A stretch of DNA of 64,000 nucleotides from a virus (Duplodnaviria > Caudoviricetes): the IMG/VR virus record IMGVR_UViG_3300031992_000051, positions 1 to 64,000 of that record, one strand, 5' to 3'. The position numbers and the translations under genes are program-made. Positions 26,301-35,300 of the stretch are shown in pieces. Under the pieces are notes generated by a model that worked only from the letters and a program-made list of their open reading frames with translations, was not told the origin of the DNA and searched no databases. Each line of letters begins with the position of its first letter. Within the stretch, counting starts at the first letter, position 1.

Positions 26301-29300
26301 CTGCCTCGCGGCCTCCGTCCCCTTCGCGCCCCGGAACAGCCGCTTGTCGAACACGCCGGACGCCCACGCGATGTGCAGCGCCCGCGCAAGCGACACGGCG
26401 ATGCCGCGGGCCTCGGCGGCGTTCTGCGCGCCGTCGCCGACCTCCGCCGCCGTGAGCGGGCGGCCGATGGTCTTCCCGGTCTTCGGGTCGAGCAGCTTCG
26501 GGCCGATGACGTCGGCGGCCTTCGTGACGCGGACGTCCCACGCGACGGACGCGCCGCCCTCGACGCCGGCCTTCTCGAGCGCCTTGGCGGTCGCGGTGAG
26601 CGCGGCCTTCGTGCCGCGGGCGACGGCGCCCCTGTTCGTCCCGCCCTCGACGTACTCGCCCGTGTAGAACGGGGACGAGCCGTCCGTGTTGTCCATGACG
26701 GGCAGGGCGCGCGACATGTCGAAGAGGCACTGCACGAACGAGTTGTTCGCCTGCATGAGGGTCGTGTCCTTCGGCTTCTTCTCGAAGAGCGCGGCCTTCT
26801 TGGTGCCCTTGATGTGCTCCTTGCGGTTGTCGGCGAGCTCGTCGAAGGACTTCGAGAGGTCGAGGAACCTGTCCGCGTCGCGGAGCTCCTTGCCCTTCCC
26901 GCGCGCGTCCGAGCCGAGCGACGGGGCCTCGAGCATGTACAGCTTCGTCTTGTCGCCGTCGTGGTCGCAGCCGAGGATCTTGAGGGTGAACGGGTCGGGG
27001 GCGACCATCGCGTCGTACCCGGCCTTCCACTCCGCGCCCTCGCCGGACTCGGTGCAGGGGAGCGCGGCGCGCACGGTCTGGAGCCACATCGACCCGTTGT
27101 AGGACGGCGTGCGCGGGAGGCCCATCATCGTGCCGCCGAGGTAGATGTGCGTCTCGCCCTTCTCGTCGTGCATGTTCTCGTACACGGCGGAGCGGTCGAA
27201 CGTGCGCTTGCCCCCCGCGTCGCGGACGAGCCCGGTGAAGAGGTCGTCGTAGGACACCTCGGCGTACCAGTTCGCGGAGCCCTCCGACTTCGTGCCGTCG
27301 GCGGCGCGGAGCGAGAACGTGCGCTTCCTCGCGTCCATGTAGTTGCCGTGGTGGTCCTTGAACACGGACGCGATGCGGCGGCGCAGGCCGTCGACCTGCA
27401 TGGCGAGGTCGGACTCCTCGCCCTCGGCGCGCATCTCGGCCTCGAGGTCGCGGAGCCGCGTGAAGATCGCGTCGAGCGCGGCGATCGTCTTCTCCGTCGC
27501 GGTCGTCCCGTCGAGCCTCTCGTACGTCAGCGAGTCGCCGAACAGGTCCTTGACGAACTCGTCGGAGCCGCCGAACACGGACTCGAGCTTCTCCTCGTCG
27601 AGGTAGAGCCCGTAGCGGAACGAGGCGTCCGTGCAGTTCACGGAGCACAGGGCCATGCGGCGGTGGGCGCGCATGAACTGGCGGTCCCTCTTCGGGATCG
27701 TCCGCGAGCCCTGCAAGGTGTCCTTGAACATCTGGGAGTCCGAGTGCGTCTTCGCCTCGCCGTTTTCAACCCATGAAAGGTTGGAGACGAGCGGCGCGTC
27801 GATGCCCTTCATCGGCACGTTCCGGAGGCTGCGCAGGTACGCCGCGAGCTCCTTGTTCATGATGTCCTTCATGAACCGGCCCGTCTCCGGCTCGCCGCGC
27901 GCGGCGGCGTTCTGCGCGTCCTCGGACCTGCCGCGCAGGGCGCGGTAGGTGTCGGGATGGTTCGCGACCCACGCGGAGAACGCGCCCCAGCGCGACACGA
28001 GGTCCTGGAGTGACTCGGCGGTCTGGGCGAGGTGCGTGAATATGCGCGTGCCCGCGGCCCCGTCCGCGTTCCACCCCTCCTCGACGACGCGGGAGAGCGC
28101 GAGCGAGTCGACCATGTGGTTGCGCGGGGTGCGCCCGTAGCGCGTCGAGCCCTTCTCGCGGGTGGACGCCCGGTGCGAGACGTTCGCCACGGTGAAGCCC
28201 ATGAGGTCGTTGTCGCGGTACGAGAGGCTGTACGTCCGGCCCGCGAGGCCCTCCACCGCGTCGAGCCTGGCCCCGTCGAGTATCTCGGAGAGCTTCTTGC
28301 TGCCGGACCGCTCCGGCATCGCGAGGTCCGTCCACTCGAACCTGCCCTCGGGGTTCGCCTCGTCGGCGAAGAGCGCGTCCAGCTCGTCGCCCTCGTAGGA
28401 GTCCTGGAGCGTCGCGCCGGAGTCGAGCTTCTCCTTGAGCTTCCCGAAGAACCACTCCATGAGCGGGACGGTCTCCTTCTCGCCCTTCGCGTTCGTGACC
28501 GCGACGCCCATCATCTTGGAGTTGGCGACGGCGAGCTTGATCGAGTCGAAGTCCGCGAGGAGCGACGTCGAGTCGCGGAAGTCGGACGAGCGCTGCTTGC
28601 GGATGAAGTCCATGAGCTTGCGCTTCGGGTCCCACGCGCCGAACTCGCCCTTGTCGTTCTCCTGGCCCATGCCGACGTTGAGCGACTTGAGGAGCGAGAG
28701 GTGCGCCCCGTACGTCCCGGAGTTCGACACGTTCATCGCGTGGAACTTGAGCGTGGAGGAATTGGGGTCCTTCGCGCAGCGCTTGAGCTGCTCGATCCCG
28801 TAGCCGGTGCCGAGCGTGGTGCCGAGCATCGACTCGTTGTCGCCGTCCGCGCTCCAGACGATGTTCACGCGGCACTCGCCCGTCTGCGCCGTGCCGTCGT
28901 CGTTCGTCGCGACGGAGCCGTCGGGGTTGTGCTTGAGGCCGATGAAGCCGACGCCGGGCGCCTCGAGCGAGGTCGTCGCCGAGCGCTTCGCGTCCACGCC
29001 GAGGAGGTCGAGCCCGACCCACGACGCGACCTCCTCCGCCGCCTTCTCGTACGACTTGCCCGCGAACTGCGAGCGGAGCGGCACGGAGAGGAGGATCGAC
29101 GACGAGTGGTCGCCGGAGAACACCGGCACGTAGAACGTGTTGTCGTCCTTGAGGCGCACGTTCCCGTCGGAGTCGTACGAGACGCGCTGCGCGACGGCGA
29201 GCGCGCCGTACTTGCGGCGGGCGTCCTCGATCGCCTTGTCCTGCGCCGCGCCCTTCGGCATGGCCACGGCCTTCGCGAGCTCGTTGCCCATGTCGTAGGC

Positions 29301-32300
29301 GGCCTCGCACCCGAGGTACGTCTCCTTCGAGTACGCGGACTTGGAGAGCGACTTCGCGACGATCCTGTCGCGGAGCGCCGTCGGCCAGCACATCTGCTGG
29401 CGGCATATCCCCAGGATGCGCCGCTTCTCCGCGTCGTCCAGCCTGGCGAACTGCGGGAAGAAGCGCTCGCACACCTTCTGGAACCCGCGCTCGTCGAGGC
29501 GGTCCATGAACACCTGGACGGCGGGCTCGACCCCGCGCAGCGTTATCGCGACGGACGACGCGGGCTGGTTCGTGCGCTCCGGGTCGGTCTCCGCCGTGAG
29601 GATGGTCTGCGGCATCACGGTCTCGAAGGCCCGGAACAGGGACGCGAGCTGGTCGGTGGTGCGGGAGGTGTTGGTCAGCCACGTCAGGCCGCCCTTCCTC
29701 GGGTCGCCGTGCGTGAACGTGAGGACCGCGGCGAGCTCCGCCTCGCGGCTCCCCGCCTTGCCGTTCCCCGCGAGGTCGGCCATCAGGCGCAGGCCGTTCG
29801 CGAGCGTCTGCACCAGGAACGGGGCCTCGCCGCCCTGCGACGTGAACTTGCTCTTGTACGACTTGAGGTCGCTCTCGCTGCGCTCGACGTGGGCCGACGC
29901 GGCGCGCGACGAGAGCACGGAGACGAGCGCGGAGTCGGCCCCGAAGTGCCGCTCGAACAGCTCGGCCATCGAGCCGTACAGGCTGTTGCCTCTGCGCTGG
30001 TGGAGCGGGTGCCCGCCCGAGAACCGGCCCTCCTTCGCCATCGCCTCCGCGTCCGCGAGGAGCGCGTCCGCCCTCTTCCGTATCTCCCCGGCGGTCATGC
30101 CGGAGAACTCGCGGAACGGCGCGGAGATCGCGGCGGTCGAAACGCGGGACGCGTTGCCCGTCCTCGGCTCGACCATGAAGACGACGCGCGACCCGGCGCG
30201 CCCGCCGGACGCGAGGCCGTCCGCGTTGAGGAACTGCGTCTTGAGGCGCACCGGCGACGACGGCGCGGCGGACGACACGAGGAGCGTCATCTGCCTGCGC
30301 GCGGCCTGCGGCATCGCGGCGAGGTAGCCGAGGAGCCACCCGGCCTTGCGGTTCAGCGGGTGGTCGCCCGCCATCAGGAGGTTGTACAGGTGCTCCCGCG
30401 TCTCGGGGAGGCCCTCCTCCGTCGTGAACCGGTTGAGCGTCTCCGCGAAGTACGCGTCGCGCACGGTGGCGGACGGCGCCTGGTTGGCGCGCGGGTTCAC
30501 GAGCCCGTCGACGAACTTGAGCGTCTCGTTCCCGGGGTCGAGGGCGAGCGAGCGCTCCACGGTGTTGCGCAGGTCGTCGAGGTAGCCCTGGAGCTGGCGT
30601 CCGGTGAGCGGGTTCACGAGCTGCGCGAACGCGAGGAAGTTCTGGAGCGCCTTCGACTGGAGCGCGGCGAGGGTCTTGTCGTTCCCGCGCTCGGAGCCGT
30701 CCGGCTCCGTCCCCTCCTCCACGTCGTCCTCGGCGAACGTCCACAGGTCCTCGAACTCGTCCTTGCGCGCCTTCTCGTCCATCTTCGCGTACGTGCCGAC
30801 GAAGCGCCCGAGGTCCACGTCGCGGATGCCGGGGACGAGCCTCTTCAGGAAGTCCGAGAACTCCTGCTCGTTGGCGTCCATGTTGCCGTTGTTCACGATG
30901 GCGCGGGCCATCTTGGCGAGCACGGGGACGAGCCCGCGTATCTCCGCGTCGGTGAGCTCCGTCCTGTCCTTCAGCACGACGGGCGCGGCCCTGCCGTCCG
31001 CGTCGGTCCGCGTGCCCTCGTCCCCAACGACCGAGCCGTCGCCTCCGACGAAGTAGTAGTCGTCCATCTCCACGGGCTCCTCGTCCTCCTCGTCCTCGAC
31101 GATGGCGTTCGCGCCGTCGAGCGGCTGCTCCTCGACGGGGGCGTTGTCGACCGCGGCCACGGACTCCAGAAGCTCGCGCTCGTCCTCGGCGTTGCGGAGC
31201 TCGTCCGCCGTCACCTCCGACGTGTCACCGCCCTCCACGGCGGCGTGGAGCTCGTCGACGCGGCGGTTCGCGGCGTCGAGCCGCTCGCGCACCGCCTGCT
31301 CCGCCTGCGAGACCGCGGGAGCCGCGGGCGCGGGGGCCGGGACGTCCGGCGCGGGCGTGTCGTCCGCCTCCGGCACGGCGTCCATGACCATGCGGAGCGC
31401 GTCCTCCTCCGCCGAGTCCTGCGGGACAGTCTGCTGCACGGTGTTGAGGATCGTCGTCGGCGAAGCGGGGGCCTGCGGCTGCGGCTGCTGTTGCTGCGGA
31501 CGGCTCGGTCTTTGACGCTGGCGCTGGAGACCCGACCGCATCGCGGCCGAGTCGGCCTCCGCCACGCGGGCCATGAACTCGTCCGCCGACAGCCCGCCGG
31601 GCCTCGCGCTCTGAATCGCGTCGCGCAGGGTGGGCGACCCCTGCGGGGCGAACATCGCGTAGAGGCGTGCAAGGCCGGTCGCGTTCTCCGTCCCGTTCCT
31701 GCGGTTCCGCTCGATGAGCGTGGCGTTCAGCCCGGCACCGCCGAACATCCTGTCCGCGACGGCGACGAACGCCTGGAACGACGGAAGGTTGCGGACGGCC
31801 TTGGCGATCTCCTTGCACGCGGGCCCGTAGTCGCCGAGCACGGACTTTATGTTTCCCGGCTGTTCCGTCTGGTAGAGGGCGAACGCGCGGATGAGGAGCG
31901 ACATCGTCGCGGGCGACGGACGGCGCACCGTCCCCTGCTCGTGGTCCACCGTCGCGGCGCGGAAGTCCGCGATGTTGCGCGCGAGCGCGGGGCCGCTGGC
32001 GGATTCCTGCGCGGCCTTCGCCACGCGGTTCACGCCGTCCATGAACTCGCGCACCGGCGCGTCGAACACGTCGGCGAGGAGCCTCCTGTTCCTCGCGTAC
32101 GCGTCGAGCGTGATGGCGGCGAGAAGGGACTGCTTGTAGTTCTGCGCGATGCCGTGGTCGATCGAGACGTACACGGCCCCCGCCTGGTGGCGGGCGCGGA
32201 ACGCGGCGAGCGAGATCGAGTACTTGCCCCGCAGGTCGGAGTTGAGCATCCCCACGGAGATGCCGGTGTCGGCGAACGGGACGCTCACGCCGCTCCTGCG

Positions 32301-35300
32301 GAGGAGGTCGTCGGCGAGCTTCGCGTAGCCGCGGGTCTCGTCGTTGCGCCTGTAGTACGCGGCCTGCGCCCGCTCCATGAGCGCGCGGGCGCGGGCCATC
32401 GCCGCCGCGTCGTCGGCGCGCTCGCCCTCCTTCAGGTAGAGCTTCACGGCGTTGTCGCCGCTCTGGCGGGAGTTCCTCTCGAAGAGGTCGGACAGCGCCT
32501 TCTCCTCGGCGCGCACGCGGTCGGCGGCGTCGGGGTTGTTGTACGTCGCCGCGCCCTCGCGGAAGAGCGGGTCCTTGTAGTTCACGTCCTCGCCGGCGGC
32601 GCGCTCCATCATGCCCTTGTACTGGCGCATGAGGCCGAGCGAGCGGAGCATCGTCTGCGCGCTGTCGGACTGGAGGACCTTGGCGTGGGTGAAGACGACG
32701 CGGGGCGTCACGGGGGACCAGTCCATCGCGGCCATCTTCGCGTCGAGGTCCGCCTCGTCGGTGGCGACCTGGCTCCTGCCCTCGGCGTCGCGGTACGTCC
32801 ACCTCCCGTCGGCGCGCCTGCGCGCGGACACGTAGTCCGTCCACGGCGAGGCGGCCGGGTCGCCCTCGGCGAGCGCGCCCTCCCTGGAGTACGTGCGGAC
32901 GTTGGGGTCCCCGAGCGCCTTCGACAGGACGGCGAGCTCGACGATCTCGCGGTTGCGGCGGTCGAGGTCCTCCTCGGTGCCGTCGTACTGGAAGTTGAGG
33001 TCGCGGGCGATGTTCTCGAGCGTGACCGGGTCGGCGCTCGCGACGTTGGCCTGCGCGGCGGCCACGGAGTCCGCGGTGATCTGGCCGTCCGGGAGGGTGG
33101 CGGCGACGAGCTCGTCGAGCCACTCCTGCCTCGTGCCGGGGCCGCCGAGCTGGTCCTCGACCGGCTTGTCGCCGTCGAGCTCCTGCGCCTCGAGGACGCC
33201 CCTCATGCCGGGGATGCGCCGCATGACGGCGGCGACGACGGCCTGCTCCTCCGTCGGGAGGTTCTTCGGGATGTCGATGACGTCCACGACCGGGTTCGCG
33301 TCGTCGCGGGTGCGGTTGAACACGATGCGCCCGCTCTCCAGGCTCCCGCTCGCGAGGGTCTCGTACAGGCTCACGGCCATGCGGTTGCGCAGGCTCGTCA
33401 CGGCGGGGCGGTTCGCCTCGAGGAACGAGTCGAGGGACTGCCGCGCCCCGTTCGCGTCGACGAACTCGCGGGTGCGCTCGTCGAACTTGAGCCCGCGCGA
33501 GCGGGCGACCTCGGCGGTCGCCGCGTCCATCAGCTCCTCGTTGGAGAACATGCGGGCCTGGTGCGCGGCGAGCGACTCGGCCATGAGCCTCCGGGCGACC
33601 GGGTCGAACCGGGCGAGGGCGCGCTCGTGCGCCGCGTCCATGTCGGCCTGGAACGTGTGGCCCTGCTCTGACGTCTCGTACCCGGCGCGGGCCGACCTCG
33701 CCTGCTGGTCGCGCCGCAGCTCCTCCTTGAAGATCCTCTCGTACCCCTGGCGGAGCGCGGTCTGGATTCCCTGCGGGAGCCCGCGGTCCACGCCCGTCCA
33801 CTCCGCCGGGTTCGCGGAGAGTATGCTGGCGTCACCCGTCGCGAGCGCCGCGCCGACCTTGACGGCCCAGTGGGCGATCTTGCGGAACGCGCCGCTCGTC
33901 TCGTCCTTCGTGCGGCTGTCGAGCTTGTAGAGCACCTGCCCCATCTTGGCGGCGCGGGACGTGAGCACCTTGCCCGCCGAGAGCGCCTGCCGGGCCTGCT
34001 GGTTCGTCGCGGCGATCTTGCGGTTGTACTCCTCGTCCGGCAGCTCCGCGTCCTCCGCCGTGAGCGGCGCGACGTTCACGAGGTGGCTGTAGCCGGTCTT
34101 CTCCTCGGCGGTGAGCGACGACAGGTACCGCTCGTGCCGCTCGTTCATGCGGCGGACGGCCTTCTCCGTGCGGGCGATCTCCTCGTCGATGGGCGCGAGG
34201 TTCTCCGCGTCCCACTGGTCGGAGGCGTCCGCCGGGCGCTGCGCCGCGACCTCGGCCCTGCGCTGCACGGCGGCGTCGTGCTTCGCCTGCTCCGCCCTCA
34301 CGGCCTTCGCGTGGCCGACGAGGTAGTCGCCGTAGCGCCACTGGCCGACCGCGCCGTGGCGCGTGCCGTCGAGGTACAGCGCGGCGGTGTCGCGGAACTC
34401 CGTGTACTCGTTCCCGCCGCCGATGGCGCGCAGGGCGCGCATCGCGCCGGCGCGGGCGACCATCGGGAACGCGAAGCCCGCCGCCTCGGCGGTGAGCTGG
34501 CCCCAGTCCGTGAACGTCTTGCGGATGCGCCCGAGCTTCGCCCCGAGGCTCTGGTCCTTCTCGCCGTTGAGCCCGAACAGCTCGGTCGCGACGTCGCTGT
34601 AGCGCTCCTCGAGCATCTCGCCTATGACGCCGTCGTAGCCCATCCTCTCGAAGAGGCGGGAGGCCGTCTCCGGGCCGACCTTGTGGCGGGACATGAAGTC
34701 GGCCGCCACGTACTGCGCGTACGAGCGCAGCTTCATGTTCTCGACCCCCGTGTCGTACGCCTCGCGGACCGCGCCCTTCACGAACTTGCCCACGTCGCCG
34801 CCGATGGCCTCGGCGACCTCGCGGGACAGCCCCGGCTGCACCGCGCCCTCGCGGATCGTCGCCTGGAGCGCCGCCGTATTCCTCGCGTCGAGCCCGAAGT
34901 CCTTCTTCAGCTTGGCGAGGACCGCGGTCGTCTGGGTCTCCAGCGTGTTGGCGCGGACGTCGTCGGGGCTGCCCATCACCTTGCGGACGAACCGATTGAT
35001 GATTCCGCCGGCTTCGGCCCCCCGGCCCTCTTCCATGATCCCGTCGAGGACGGTGCCGGTGATCTCCCCGGCCTCGTTCTTCGTGAGCTTCGCCGTGGCG
35101 ACCCTCATGCCGCCCGCGACGCGGGACGTGGGCGCGGCGAGCTTCGGCGCGAACTTCAGGACGCCCGCGCGCCCGAGGCTCTTGAAGCCCCGGCCCGTGT
35201 TCTCGGAGACGTACTCGAGGAAGTCGAGGCCCATGGAGATCGCGTGCGCCTTCTCCATGAGGTCCCGGTCCCCGTTGAGCGCGGCGGCCGACGTGAGCGA

